Origin: the human T2T-CHM13v2.0 reference genome, Homo sapiens
Length of the DNA: 64,000 nucleotides
Assembly (NCBI RefSeq): GCF_009914755.1
Contig: NC_060947.1
Direction: 5' to 3' (one strand)
Shown here: in pieces, positions 47,654 to 62,925 of the stretch
Layout of the letters: each line of letters starts with the position of its first letter
Numbering within the stretch: position 1 is the stretch's first letter
Made by a program: the position numbers and the translations under genes
The notes under the pieces: generated by a model
Database searches by the model: none
What the model was told of the DNA's origin: nothing
Seen by the model: the letters and a program-made list of their open reading frames with translations, nothing else

Positions 47654-48065
47654 TGTTTCTTAGCTCAGGACTCCGTAACAAATACCATAGACCAGCATAC
47701 TTGTATCGACTGGATGGCTTAAATAACAAAGATTTATTTTCTCACACTTCTGGAGGCTGGAAAGTCCAAGATCAAAGTCTGTCAGGCAAGGTCAGTCTTC
47801 TCACTGTGTCCTCACATGGTCTTTCCTCAGTGCATGCTCATGGGAGGAGAAAGAAACAGAAAAGCAGTGGGAAGAGAAAGAGATAGAGAGTGCTCTCTTC
47901 CTCTTCTTAAAAGGCTGCCAACCTTATTGGATTAGGGCCCTACCTTTATGACCTCACTTAACGTTATTACCTCTTAAAAGCCCTATCTACAAATGCAGTC
48001 ACATTGGGAGTTAGGGCTTCAATATATGGATTTGGGTGGGAGTGGACACAATTCAGTTCATAGCA
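47654..48065 (-). mobile_element. MaLR solo LTR, MLT1A/B-like
   Basis: taacaaataccatagac...ttctggaggctggaaagtccaagatcaa...acacaattcagttcatagca. Confidence 0.85.
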
Positions 48066-48086
48066 GGAAGTATCAAGTAGGTTCAC

Positions 48087-48535
48087 TGTGTACCAGTTAC
48101 CAACTTGTCTGAGTCTGCTGAAATAGAATACCCACACATGCAACGAGTTACATGAAGCAGATTTATTACTTACAGGTAGGCAGCAAGAGACAACAGATGC
48201 CTAGAATTCATTATGAACTGGTCCCCCAAGGCTCAGAAAGCTGCCTGGGGTGGATGGAGTCTTGACTGAGTATGCCCCCACTTTCACTGTAGATGAGAGA
48301 CCCCAGAAAGCAACCCACCCTGGGTTTTACACCTAGAGTCACAGGACTCACTGGGCTAAAGCATCCCTGTTTTTTGGGGTAGGGAGGTGCTGAAACAGTC
48401 TGGGCTGCTTCAGCCAGCTCCCCACTTATCTCAGGATGTTGCATTCCCAGCACATTCTAGTCTTTCTGGAGAACTATGAGCAAGAAAAGGGGAAGAAATG
48501 ATTAGATCTAAAACTATTCAGAAAATAGTCCTGCA
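48087..48535 (-). mobile_element. ERVL solo LTR, LTR47-like
   Basis: Reverse strand TGCAGGACTATT...GAATGTGCTGGGAATGCAACATCCTGAGATAAG; tttattacttacag (AATAAA on -). Confidence 0.7.
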
Positions 48536-49354
48536 GGAAGTCAGTGTAAAAACAATGAAAACGGACACTTAGGCCAGCCTGCAAGCAATTTCTGGAGAGG
48601 TCCAACCAAGAAAGAGAAGCACATATCAGACAAGGGAAAGAGTTACCAGCCAACACGCCAGTCAGTCTGCACTCTGCAACCCTCACCTCCCACTTCTACA
48701 CTCAACCAGTTGCCATCCCCAGTGGATGGATGTGTACCTCTGCCAAGGGGTGTCGCTTTAGCCCACATTTCAACAGGTACCCCAGGAAGTAGATTGATGC
48801 TCTCTAGGGCTCAATTATCTTCCTTCCAAAAAGAAGGAGAAGGAGAAGTTGGATGATTTGGGTACCAATTATCAGCATGATAAGTAAGAAAAAATGAGTA
48901 TTAGCTAGGTATCACAAGAGCAGATAAATGATCATAATTTCATTTGTAGAGTATGGTTTACTTTGACTAAGTATATTCTGGCACATTACATCACTTGGTC
49001 CTCAAAGTAAACCAGGAGTTATTATTCTCATTTATCAGATGAGGAAACAGATGCCAAGGAGCTATGACAGTGTCCAAAGTCACAAATCCTGTTACTGTTG
49101 AAGTCAATGCTGAAGTCTTAAAGAATGTCAGCAATCATCAACAAAGTAACAGGGCCACACTGGCCCCTTGAGCATCAGAAGTGCTGTATGTACACAGCAC
49201 CACACAATTTAGCACTGGTTTCCTCCAATTACTTTGTTTGCATTTATTTGGTTTCTATGAACTGGAAGTTTCTCAAAATCAGGGGCCCAGGCTTATGTAT
49301 TATCGTATTGCCCGTAAGGCTTACTATAGGACTGCACTAAGGTGATGAACTTTT

Positions 49355-49818
<464 letters not shown>

Positions 49819-50159
49819 CAATACCTAATGTTGATAATAACACTCTACAATTTGCAAAGGGCCTTCACATATTCGATCTTTGTGGAAACGACAAGAATAG
49901 CATGTTTAAAAATGTCACTTCGTTTACCAATCCTCATGATGCTTATTTTAATCCTATTTTAGTGTAGTCATTTTATAAAACATTTACTGAGAACTTACCA
50001 TTATTTTTATTATTAATAACTAACACTCATTGAGCACCTACTATGTAGCAGGCATTAAATCAGGCACTGTGACAAATGCTGAGGACACCTAAAGAAATCA
50101 CGTGTACTTTTCTAAAGGAGTGTGACTAAATAAGTACTGCAGCATGATAAATGTCTGGT

Positions 50160-50410
50160 AAGTGATTATTTGGCCTCTGGACTGTACTTCTCTAATGATG
50201 AGGATCTAATCCTTCTCTAAACAGCTCATTCCATTTTTGGAGAGTTTAGATAGAAAGCTCTCACTGCAGAAATTTCACTCCCCTTTGGTTCTACCTGTTG
50301 CTCATAGGCCTAGCCTTGGGGCTATATAGTGTAAATCTTCCTTTTCACTTGACAGCCCTTCAAATATTTGAAGACGACTGTCATTATCAGCCACCCCCTC
50401 TTCAGCTTCT
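50160..50410 (-). mobile_element. L3/CR1 fragment
   Basis: acagctcattccattttt...gacagcccttcaaatatttgaagac. Confidence 0.6.
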
Positions 50411-51344
50411 CTGTCTCTGCCTCTGTCTGCCTGGACTACCCCACAGCTGGACCTACTGATCTACCCCAAGGACTCTATCCCACCTCAGGAAGCACTCAAG
50501 CAGCCTGCCTCAGGTTCCTTCATACTAAATTCCAACTGCTGGGGCTTTGCACTGGGGCACTTTCCTTGTTCTGTTAATTTCTGAATTGCAGCTTCTTCCC
50601 CACCTGTGCCCTAGTTTGGAAAAGAAGGCTTCTCGCTGGATCCCTCATCTGAGTTTCTGGCCTGAGAAACATGGCTGTGAAGAGAAGGAGATGAGGCTGC
50701 AGCTTGAGCACCTTGATTAGATTGGGGGAGGACCCAGGGAGGAGGGAAGAGGTTGCAGACAAGGGAAACTGGGAGCTTGTGGGTGGATCAAGGTGCCTGA
50801 GGATGAGAAGGGGTGAGGTCCAGAGCGAAGATTGAGGTGTGAAAGTTAATCTTGGTCTGGAAGGATGCTTTATCCTCAGAGACCAGAGAAAAATGTGAGT
50901 TGAGTGAAGCTGTTGGTAAGTCTGCCATTGGAGAAGTCTGGACATTGAGGTTATTCCTGAGGCAGATTTTGAGCTGGTTAACACCATCACAGCAATAGTA
51001 GCTGTTGACAGCTGAACTGCTTTCCGATTGGCTCAACGACTGCGCTCTACCTATTGCTATATGTTTTTAATATGAACCTCGTGTTCCCAACTGCAGACTC
51101 TGCTTCCACATTGAAATGGGCATTGACTGCTATCTGTGAGTAAGGGAGGTGAATATTTGCAGGTTGTGTGAAAAGAATACTATGTGTGGAATACTTGCTT
51201 AGGGGAACAGGACCAAGGACAAGTACAGAAGGTCCCAGCTGAAATTGGAGCCTATGAATGTGTGATGGCACCAATCTGCACATCTTTCTCCAGCAACCAC
51301 AATAGCTCAATACAGGAGGGGGGAATGCAGTTTGCTAGATTAAT

Positions 51345-51465
51345 CATTCATTCATTCATTCATTCATTCATTTATTAAAAGTATTTACTGAGCACTTACT
51401 TTGCATCAGGCACTCTTCTGGGCTCTGGAGGTACAGTAATGAGCAGATATAGACAAGGTCATTTG
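51345..51465 (-). mobile_element. L2a 3' end with a (TTCA)n tail
   Basis: (cattc)n then tatttactgagcacttactttgcatcaggcactcttctggg. Confidence 0.8.
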
Positions 51466-51586
51466 CAATATCAAAATGGCTGTAGAAGTCAGCATATTCC
51501 CTTTCATTTCCTGGAAATCATGCAAGAGCAACAAGGGGAATGCAATAAAAAATCCCTACAAGCTCCACGCATCTACTAAGACAGAT

Positions 51587-53250
51587 ATGTACAGATTCAA
51601 AAATGTATGTAGTAGCTGCCAAAAGTAACAAAAATACGAGAAAAAAGGGAGAAACTGGAAGACAGGGAGGAAGGGATGGGAGGCAGTGAAGAGACGTGCT
51701 GAGAATATAGAAAGGACGGCGTAGATCTCAGAAAGCTTTAACAAAAATATACTTCCTGAAGATGAGGGATCCACCTGAGTTGTAAAAACTATACCCTAGT
51801 TTTCAACAAGTTCAGAAACCTTGGTTTCAACAAGTTCAGAAACCAAGCTTTAACAAAAGTATACTTCCTGAAGATGAGGGATCCATCTGAGTTGTAAAAA
51901 CTATACCCTTGTTTTCAACAAGTTAGAGCAGGGGCAAATGCCCTCCCAGACGAAGTTTGGCTTAGAGTGGCTGAAGAGGTGGGACTAGACAAAGAACCAC
52001 ACAAAGGAGCCATATTTGCAGTAAGCAGTCTGTTTCTCTGCCTGTAGCGGAAGAGGTTTTTGACTGTGTTAAATAAAATTTATAGGAGGCTATTGATTTG
52101 GACTGAGCTCCTGCACTAGGCCCCAACAGACCAAACCAAAATGGAATCATCCATGCTAAAGATACACCAACAAGCTGAAACTAAGTTGTTTATCTGATCT
52201 TCCGAGAAATCAGGAGAGAAAGAAAGAAAATGGCCAAATCCCCAAATAGGCCAGTTTTAGTCAGCATGATAAGGAAGTCCCCTCTGCTTTAACCTTTACA
52301 AGGAAGGTACGTTGCAAATGACAGATCTGCTTTTTGTTTCTTGTTCCTGCTTTCTTCGGCCTTTTTCTGTCTATAAATACTCACTGCCCAAGTTGCAGAC
52401 TGGAGTCCTCTGAACCTCTTTGGGTTCTGAGTACTGCTCGATTTATGAATCATACTTTGCTCAAATAAACACTATTAATTTTGTCTAAATTTTTTCTTTT
52501 TTTCAGATTGTGAAACATGGAGGACTACCTTGGTCCATTTTTCCATCAGTGGAGCCACCTGTAAGTAGCTGAGCTAGGATAATCCAAATCATGCAAAGGT
52601 GGATAATTAAAAACGGACTGGCACAATATTGATAAAACCACACTATTTTTTTAAAAGGTGGAAAAGTACAACAAAAACAAAACACCACAAAAATTTTGCT
52701 GATGAGTAGATTAAAACATTCCTCCATAAAATTTAAAAAATAATTAAGTAATTAACCATCTAAATGAAGAATAGAAAGCGGAGATTAATGAACTGTGGAA
52801 GAGATGGTGATACAACAGAAGAAAGTGAAACTTGAGCTGGCAGAACTCAGTGGAAGTGGTCAGATTCTGGGTAAATTGTGAAGGTAGAACTGATGAGATT
52901 TGCTGATGGATTGGATGTGTAGTATGAATTACATAGGACAATTTTAATATATATATACATATATACGCATGCATATATATGTATATATGATGTACAGATT
53001 CAAAAATATATGTAGTAGCTGCCAAAAGTAACAAAAATATGAGAAAAAAAGGGAGAAACCAGAGGAAAGGGAGGAAGGGATGGGAGGCAGTGAAGAGAAA
53101 CACTGAGAATATAGAAAGGACGGCATAGATCTCAGAAAGCTTTAACAAAAATATACTTCCTGAAGATGAGGGATCCACCTGAGTTGTAAAAACTATACCC
53201 TAGTTTTCAACAAGTTCAGAAACCAGGATGAGTAGAGCAGGGGCAAATGC
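51587..53250 (+). repeat. Local direct duplication (~235-260 bp; copies at 51587-51941 and 52990-53250) with nested microduplications
   Basis: atgtacagattcaaaaat...gttcagaaacc present twice, 1403 bp apart; the ORF track gives two ORFs starting MDPSSSGSIFLLKLSEIYAVLSIFS. Confidence 0.95.
52067..52505 (+). mobile_element. ERV1 (MER4-group) solo LTR, LTR54/LTR56-like
   Basis: TGTTAAATAAAATTTATAGGAGG...ctataaat...aataaa...ttttCA; TSD GACTG/GATTG. Confidence 0.8.
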
Positions 53251-53359
53251 TCTACTTATGTACTTTGTACATAACCAAAGAAATTAACATATATATGTTA
53301 TATTCCTGTGTGTGTGTATGCTATATTTCTTTGGTTATGTTTCTTTGTTATGTTTCTTT

Positions 53360-54367
53360 GAAGATTCTTGACTAATACAAGTATCATCTCTTTCTACTCT
53401 GATTTCCCTGTATTATACTTTCTCTCATGTTGGAGATCCCACAAAGGCAAAGTTGAGTTGGAAATACATTCAGTTTGTGTTTAGCGAGATACGTTTATAT
53501 GGTTTTCAGTCAGTCCTGTGTGTAGACAAATCATTGCTTACTTATCCTGGTAAAGGAATGGCTTCCAGAAATACCCCTACAGTTTATTCTGCTAACTTAT
53601 CCAGCATAGTAATTACAAAGGTGCAAAGCCAGAGGTCTTATCACTATACGAAAGTGTCTTATGGTACTTGGCACTGAAAGTGTGTGATATTGGAAGAGAA
53701 ACAAGATTTGAAATGTATGGATTCAGATGCTAGTCCATGACTAATTCCTTCAATCACCTGATGTGCAAAATGGTATGCAGAATATTCAGATCTCATTAAT
53801 GCCTAAACACAGAGGAAATTCTCTTCTGTTAGGAATATACTCAATAATACAATGTACACAACTATGAATTGTGCTTTTATTTAATCTGTGATGGGAATTG
53901 CATAAAGCATAATTTATCAGAATTATTATGTTCGTAGAGCACAAACATGAATTAGTTCTACAGCACTGAGAACATCTGTGTGTAAAGTTGTGTGCTTTAG
54001 CTTCCCAAATATCAGTAATAATAATAAATTTTTATCAACCATGCTAGTGGAAAGACTGAATTATCTCAATATTGCAAAACCATTACCATATAAAGAAGGA
54101 AACGAAGAATATGAAGCCAAACATGCAAGAAAAAAAGTACTATGGAGGTGTGTTTGCTGTTAATTAATTAAAAAATACTGTTCAGGGTTTTATATTGTGA
54201 TGTTTGTGGTATTTCTCAGCTTTTAAAAATTTGTACTTAGCTGTGATTTCTAGTTTTACATAATTAGTATGTGGTTGTGTATTCATAATTTTTAAAATTC
54301 TTTTTCTTAAAGAGGACTTTCCAAATTGTGTAAGCTTCAGGACTCACAAAGTGTGGATCTGCTGTTG
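53360..54367 (+). mobile_element. hAT-Tip100 (Zaphod-like) DNA transposon 3' part
   Basis: Translated remnant STMLVERLNYL resembles the hAT C-terminal dimerisation motif (STM.QERL..L); end aagcttcaggactcacaaagtgtggatctgc resembles the Zaphod/MER115 terminus. Confidence 0.65.
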
Positions 54368-55499
54368 GGTGTGAGAGAAAGAAAAGAGTATTGAAAGATA
54401 TGCACCACCCCAAACCCCACCCCAGCCTTTTTCTGTTAGATCTTACAACTTTGGCTGTTGCAAAGAATACCTAAGTTATGTATCTGTCACACAACTAGTT
54501 TTCAACACCTGGCAGTTCACAAAAAAGTAATTTTATTTTCCCCTTTTCCTATCCCTAGTTATTCCCATGGGTATTATGGTGGCTCAGCAACCGCCACACT
54601 TTTCTTGACCATCTACTGAGACATGACAAATGCCTTGAATATTTCCCTCTTACCCTCCCTTGTTTGTGCCACTTAGCCCTTACAAAACTGGATAAATGCA
54701 AATTACCACAGACTCATGGCTAAAAATATATACAAACTCTCCTGCCTTTCCTCTGTTTTGGTCTCCTCAGATTTTGGGGGCAAATTCATTCTTGTGGACC
54801 TGTCTTCTTTGGAAAACGATATACAAAGTAGGAGAATGGAGTAGGTATAGCCAAAATGGGAGACTAAATTATCAAATACAGATACAACTATTGAGGAAAA
54901 AAATTGAGGCTTCATGGGTAAATTTGCAGGCCTGTAGAATATTTTCAGTATATTCAGATTTAATTTTTTTTTATCTGTGCTGCATAGCCAATTTGGGATC
55001 CGTGTGAAAGAATTTATGACCTCAGAGGCAGTATTTAGTCTCATGGAATCACGGAATGTAAGAGCCAGATGGGACATTAGAGATCATAATCCAGTGACCT
55101 CATATTACAGAACGGTCATTGGAGGTAAATGAGCTGGCCAAGATTACAAATGTGGTTGTGGTTGCCTCAAGAACTATAAACCATGTAAACCAACAACAAA
55201 AGTAGCCAACAACATGACCTGTTTGATCAGAGCAGTAAATCCAACTACTTAGAGTCATATCTGGGGAGCTGAATAGGCAGCCATTTCACCATAGGTACTA
55301 TGGGTGAATTAAGAAAATAAAGTGACTGTCCACTGAAGTACCAGGGTGTGTGATAGCTAATATCCACACCAGACTTGCCCATTTGACAACATGCAGTTGG
55401 GAGTCTGTTATGTAGCAAGGGGACTGAAGAGATGAAGAGAAGTATATAAATGCCAGGAAATCCTTGGCCAGTGCTTCTCAAAGTATGTGCTTTCAGAAG

Positions 55500-55672
55500 G
55501 AGCTACAAAGATCTAGCAATTCCGCTACTGGGTACATATCCAAAGGAAATGAAATCAGCATGCTGAAGAGATAGCAACATTCTCATGTTCACTGTAGCAC
55601 TGTTCACAGTAGCAAAGATATGGAATCAATCTAAGTGTTCATCAATGGATGAATGGATAAAGAAAATGTGGG

Positions 55673-55722
<50 letters not shown>

Positions 55723-56205
55723 GCAGAATGGAATACTATTCAGCTGTAAAAAAGAAGGAAATTCTGTCATTTGCAGCAACATGGATGAGCCTTGAGGATG
55801 TCATATCAAAGTGAAACAAGCCAGGCACAGAAAGAGAAATACCGCATGATCTCGCGCATATGTGAAATCTAAAAAGTTGTCCTCATAGAAGTAGAGAATA
55901 GAATGGTGGTTACCAGAGGATGGGGAAGGTAAGAGGAAGGAGAGATATAAAGCTATATAGTTAAATAGAGGGAATAGGTTCTGGTGGTCTATTGCATAGT
56001 AGGATGACTAGAGTTAACAATATATTGTATATTTCAAAATAGCTAGGAAGAGAGGTTTCTGGATCTTCTCATTACAAGGAAATTATAAATCGTTAAGATG
56101 ATGGATATGCTAATATTCCTGATTTGATTATTATACAATTTGTACATGCATTGAAATATCACACTGTACCCCATAAATATGTACAATTATTGTGTGTCTA
56201 TCATA
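55500..56205 (+). mobile_element. L1MA (MA5-8-like) 3' end inserted into a MER5 element (55468-55499 and 56215-56357)
   Basis: ccaaaggaaatgaaatcag...gtagagaatagaatggtggttaccagagg...ctgtaccccataaatatgtacaa; MER5 halves on both sides. Confidence 0.8.
55673..55722 (+). repeat. (TG)n(TA)n microsatellite
   Basis: Direct inspection. Confidence 0.95.
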
Positions 56206-56559
56206 ATTTTTTTTTAATCCCCTGGGAAGCTTGTTAAAATGCAAATTCCTTGGTCTTACTCTAGAAGTACAGGATAAGCGTCTCTGGGAGCAAGGCCAGG
56301 GAAAAGGTGATTTCAAGACAGATGGTTTGGAGCACACTTCAAAAATAGTTGCTCTAGGTTAATATCAGAGAAAATAATGATGTCATCTCAGTAGCATCCT
56401 TTGAGCATAAAGAAAAAAAGATATTCATTACATTTTGTGACAATGATTCTGATGGAATAATAGTTCAAGATATCTGCATCCTGGTTCCAAATTCACTAAT
56501 TGTAAAACTTTGGGTTAGTTGTTTTACCTCTTGTGACACCATTTTACTCACACTACAAT

Positions 56560-57650
<1,091 letters not shown>

Positions 57651-57899
57651 AGAGCTTTTTATATGAGTGAAGGATAAATAATAAGTTGGAACCTACACTG
57701 GAGAGCCTTAAAAAAAAAAAAATCCTGCCCTTTGATATGTGGGTTGTGAGAGAAGGAACCCCTCTTATGTTTCAATTTAAAGCATGAGTTGTGGTATGAA
57801 ACCAAGAAGCTTTGTAAGTGGCAAAGCACAAACATGCTGTCGTTTTGTTTGTTTGATGTGTTACATATTTTGGTTCCAGATATAACACTTGACTTTTTC

Positions 57900-58121
57900 A
57901 TTATTAAAAATTTTATCATTATGCATATTGAAATATTTATGGATGAAATGCTATGATGTCTGGGATATGCTCCAAAATAATATAGGGTGGGTGGGGGTGA
58001 TAAAGGAAGCACGATCAGCCATGTACTGATAATTGTTGAAGCCTAGAAATGGGTAAATGGAGGTGCCCTAGGTATTCAGTTTTTGCATATGCTTGAATTT
58101 TTCCTTAATAAAAAGTTAAAG
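57900..58121 (+). mobile_element. L1MC4-like 3' end
   Basis: gaaatatttatggatgaaatgctatgatgtctgggat...gataattgttgaagc...aataaaaagtt. Confidence 0.75.
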
Positions 58122-58160
58122 AAACCATCTCATCTTTATAGATTCAGCCCTTTGCTTTGA

Positions 58161-58485
<325 letters not shown>

Positions 58486-59600
58486 TTGAGTGGCATTTTT
58501 ATATTCTTACTTTGTTAGCCTCTCCTATCCCTTTCCACAAGGTTCACAGGGACAGGTATTTATCCCCATTTTACTGATAAACTTCTCTGATCCTGTTAAG
58601 GAACTTGCCCACAAGTAAGTATCTGTTTAGTGGCAGCTGTAGGACTGAAACTTTATGTTCTCTTGACTTCTAGACTAGTATATTCTACCACCTGACTGAG
58701 TGAGTTTGTGTTTCCATTTAGTAGGTTGTTAAAATTCAGAGCAGTTCTCTAGGGACTTTGATCTTGGAAACGGAGTCTTCATTTGATTGCGGGTCTGACA
58801 AAGTGAGATTGTCCTTGCACATGCTATGCCTTCTGCATGGAATGTTGATCCCCATCCTCTGGTTCACTTAGTTAACATCTACATATCCTTCAAAGCTCAG
58901 TTTAGTTCCTCTCCACTCCCCTCTCCCTATGCCATCCCAACAATCATTCCTTCCTTTGCATTAGTTCTGTATTCTTGTTCAAACCTTTGCTATTTCATAT
59001 ATCACAATGAATTATAAATGTGTGTGTCTGTGTGTGGTTTTCTGTAATAAACTAGAATCATGGACTATTTTTAAATTTTGTATTCTAGGGCCATCTACAT
59101 AATGGCACCATCTAGTAAGTAGTTATTCAACAACTCACATGTGCCTGAATCCATTGGTAGAGGCTACTAGCAAATAAAAAAACACGGATACCAAAATACA
59201 TACCATGGGCTTGGTTAGTTTGTGCATCTAAAGGGTGGGTATTTGTAATGTGTTATAAAATTTTGGTGCTGTGGGGAACATTTTTCTTCTTGAAAACTAA
59301 GTCTTGTAACACAGGGCTCTTCACTGAAATACAAGGGCAATTGCCAGTCAATGTAGAAAGTGATCTAAGACCAAACCATGTACATTTTTTTTCTCCAATA
59401 AAAACCTTACTGCAGAATAAGATGGAGGTGGGAAGCAGAACATTTTTTTTCTGCCACTGTGTAACTCATATAGGGTGTGCAGATCACTTATCTCAATAAG
59501 AAGTGCACACAGAAAGGGAGAGATGAAGTACCATGCAGATGCCAGATCAGTTATATAACTGGATAATAATATCTAGAAATGCTCCTACAATGCAATCTAA

Positions 59601-59896
<296 letters not shown>

Positions 59897-60724
59897 AATC
59901 TAACACATTTTTGAAGGAACATTTGCTTTTTCTTTCAACAAGTGACTGCTCCTTAAGAAATGGGCGCAATACATTTCTGAAAAGAATGCTTTGCAAAGCT
60001 TTGTAAGAAGGTCTGGTTAACTTAATACCTTATCTTCTTTGTCCTGAAAAAGAGGGAGGCCTTTCATCCATACGGTTTTCAAAGCACTTATCATAAATAT
60101 GGAGGGAATCAAGTCCAACTTTAAGAAAAATCAAATTTACAGTTGAATGAATTCTAGACCCCTGCCCTATCCCTTTCGCAACACCCATCAAGTCTATTTC
60201 ACTGTGAAAACGTGTCATTTCAAAGTCCTTGGGGATCCTTGCCTCACCAGTCAGGTTTGGAACTCATTGGTAAACAGGAGGCACAGAAAGGGCAGTGTAA
60301 AGGCAGCCTTAACATTTTCAGTGAAGAGCCAACTCGTTTGTGGTTTTGATTTGTTTTTAATAACAAGCTCCCTCAACCAAAACTGATGAATTGGCATCAG
60401 AACAAGGGTACAAAAGGAATATCAAGGGGCCTTCCAAAATGCTAACCAAAGGATAAATTCTCTGCTTTGGGTGGCCATCATTTTATCCCTAGAAACCAGA
60501 AGATAAAAAGATGCAAAGCTTTTAATATATGCTGCCTGAGTATATAAAGAGACCGATTAGAGCATGCGGCCTGTGGTGTTGTCTTAATACTTTATAATCT
60601 ATAATCACATTCCATACTTCAAGCAAATGCAAATTCTGCTGCACGCTGCCCTTGAAAGGCAATTTCACTGCATACTGAATTGAAAGTAATCACTGATACA
60701 GCACAAATAAAGCCTCTGTCGGGT

Positions 60725-60828
60725 AAACACCAAAGCATTTTCCACACGGTACTGCATTTTAAAATAGCTAACTTTATTGTCAGTGAAAAGATAGGCACAA
60801 AGTGGATTTAAACCTGCTTAACTTTATT
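60725..60828 (-). terminator. Candidate minus-strand polyadenylation site (tandem AATAAA plus GU-rich downstream element)
   Basis: TTTATT at 60773-60778 and 60823-60828; the minus strand downstream reads GTGTGGAAAATGCTTTGGTGTTT. Confidence 0.4.
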
Positions 60829-62804
60829 GGAACTAGCTCAGTTGATTACAGAATGGGGTCACAATCATTAGGGGACCACATACATTTTAAACCAAAGGCG
60901 ATTCTTCTCTAGCCATCTGCCAACCCCAGCTATCCATTTTACAAACACATGCCATTAATCACAAGGGAGGCCAGAAGGAGGTTTCATGGCTCCATGTAAC
61001 CCATCGTTGCTACTGGAAAAAAATAAACAAACTCCCGACACTTGTCCTACTGATGATGGATGGCACTTGGAAGACATATTTCCAAGAATCGTGGCAGGCT
61101 GAAATTGGTGGCAATTAGCCCACAGCTGATACCTTCCTTTGAAAACATTTTCAGTAAGAATGCACACGTTTTAAGTAACATATTCCATATGCACATAAGC
61201 AATTGAGATAATAGGAGACTGTGTAGCTAACAGATATGAGAATATAATTGATCAAAGTTAGTGCATATGTATACACTTTAAGCTGCCGCATTATGAGGGT
61301 TTAGGCTTGTCATAAAAAGTAGTTTGCACAATCAATCAGTTTGTTCATTTTCCAATTGTTATACCCACCCAACAGTGTAACAACAAAAAGAGAACATGAT
61401 GGGTCTCTGGGTATCTTTCCTATGGCAGATGATGGCAGATATTTTAGGTTCCTGCTGTCCTATTACCTTGAAGCTCAAAAGCAGCATTAAAAGGAAATCC
61501 TTCATTAAATCAACAATCAAGATACATGATTTTAAAAGAAAGCTCAAGCTACTTTTTATTTCAAAAAAAGACTGTTAATAGGAGTTTCATATCAAGTAAA
61601 GTTTGTTCTAATGAAGTTTTTCTATACATGGAACACTGGGGTACAACTGAATTAGAAGGTCCTCAGAGATCACCAAGCAGTACAAGCTAAGACAACCTGG
61701 TCACCCTCCTTTCCTGAGGTGCCGGTAAAATGCACAGATAGGTAGGAGTCCAGAAAGATCCCCCAAATGTTATATCCACACAACTGTGAAAAGGTGGCTA
61801 ATTGAGATTTCTCCCATAAACTTGAATTTTTGGAACAAAAACTAGTGGAGATCTTCTGAAAAGGCTGTATCTATCTTCTGCATAATATACTGACATACTC
61901 TTCTTCCCTCTCTTGGATGTACAATGTTATTTTAGCAAATTATCGGGGATTGGAAACTGAACAGAGAAGAACTGTCTCTGGTGTGAGAGGGTTCTGGAAA
62001 GTTCAAAATAGTACTCAGCCAAGAACTTCTTCCTTTCCCCAAAACACATGAGTCTAAAGAGATGGCTACCACACAATGTGGAATGTATGACATTTGTCAC
62101 CTTGCAGAATGTGATTAAAATCATGGCTCCCAGAGCCAGCAAAAAGTCTGCCAATGTGTTATAACCATGAAAGGAGTAGGTGAAAAGTGTTTTTTAAATT
62201 ATTTGGATAGAAAGTAGCTCTCCTGAAGTTTGCTACTTGCTGCTTCTACTATTTGAGTGTTTTTTTCTCCTTATGACTAAAGGGTAGTATGAAAGAGTCT
62301 TAACACAACTGCACTTTTAATTTCTATCTGAGATTCACTTTATAACTGAGGACTAATGTGTATGTAACATGATTACCTCATTATTGAAAATGTGAAAGGA
62401 CTAGCTGAAAATCACATCACCCTCCTTTATGTCTCTACACACACACAGGCACACACACAAAATAATTCCTTTGGAAGATAATTAGGAAGGATACCATTCC
62501 TATACTCACAGAGGAACCCCAAAAGATTATCTAAGATACCCAATCTCCTAGAAAGAAGTGGGATTGGTTTCTCAGGGGGACATTTATGTGACTCTATGTT
62601 GAAATGCAGATCAGAAAAGGGAAAACCTTTTAAAAGGCACTGAAGGAGAGGCAAGACAGAAATTCAGTAGTTTGTCAAGACTGGACAAGCTACTCCAACC
62701 AGGTACATTTTACAAGATACATATTCCCTGGACCATGAAGATGCCTTTTCATAAAATGGAATTTAAAAAAGATAAAGAGTTTCCCAAAATAAGCATGGTG
62801 ATTG

Positions 62805-62925
62805 GCATAATGGTTAGCTGTGTTGTATGACTTTCAAAAAGTCACTGAACCTCTCCAGTTCTCAGATTCCTCATCACTAAAATGAGGAGGTAGGGCTATA
62901 TTGCTAAAGTTCTTTCCCACCACTA
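62805..62925 (+). mobile_element. MIR3/MIRc fragment
   Basis: aagtcactgaacctctccagttctcagattcctcatcactaaaatgagg. Confidence 0.6.

Noticed and set aside
51733-51924. Direct repeats as a CRISPR or att-site system
   Set aside because: They are re-copies of adjacent sequence with microhomology, with no unique spacers or recombinase.
53978-54163. hAT transposase-like ORF as a domesticated gene
   Set aside because: Only a short degenerate motif inside a decayed DNA transposon.
61927-62154. 75-aa ORF with a signal-peptide-like N-terminus
   Set aside because: Starts at TTG rather than ATG, has no recognisable family, and is of a length expected by chance.
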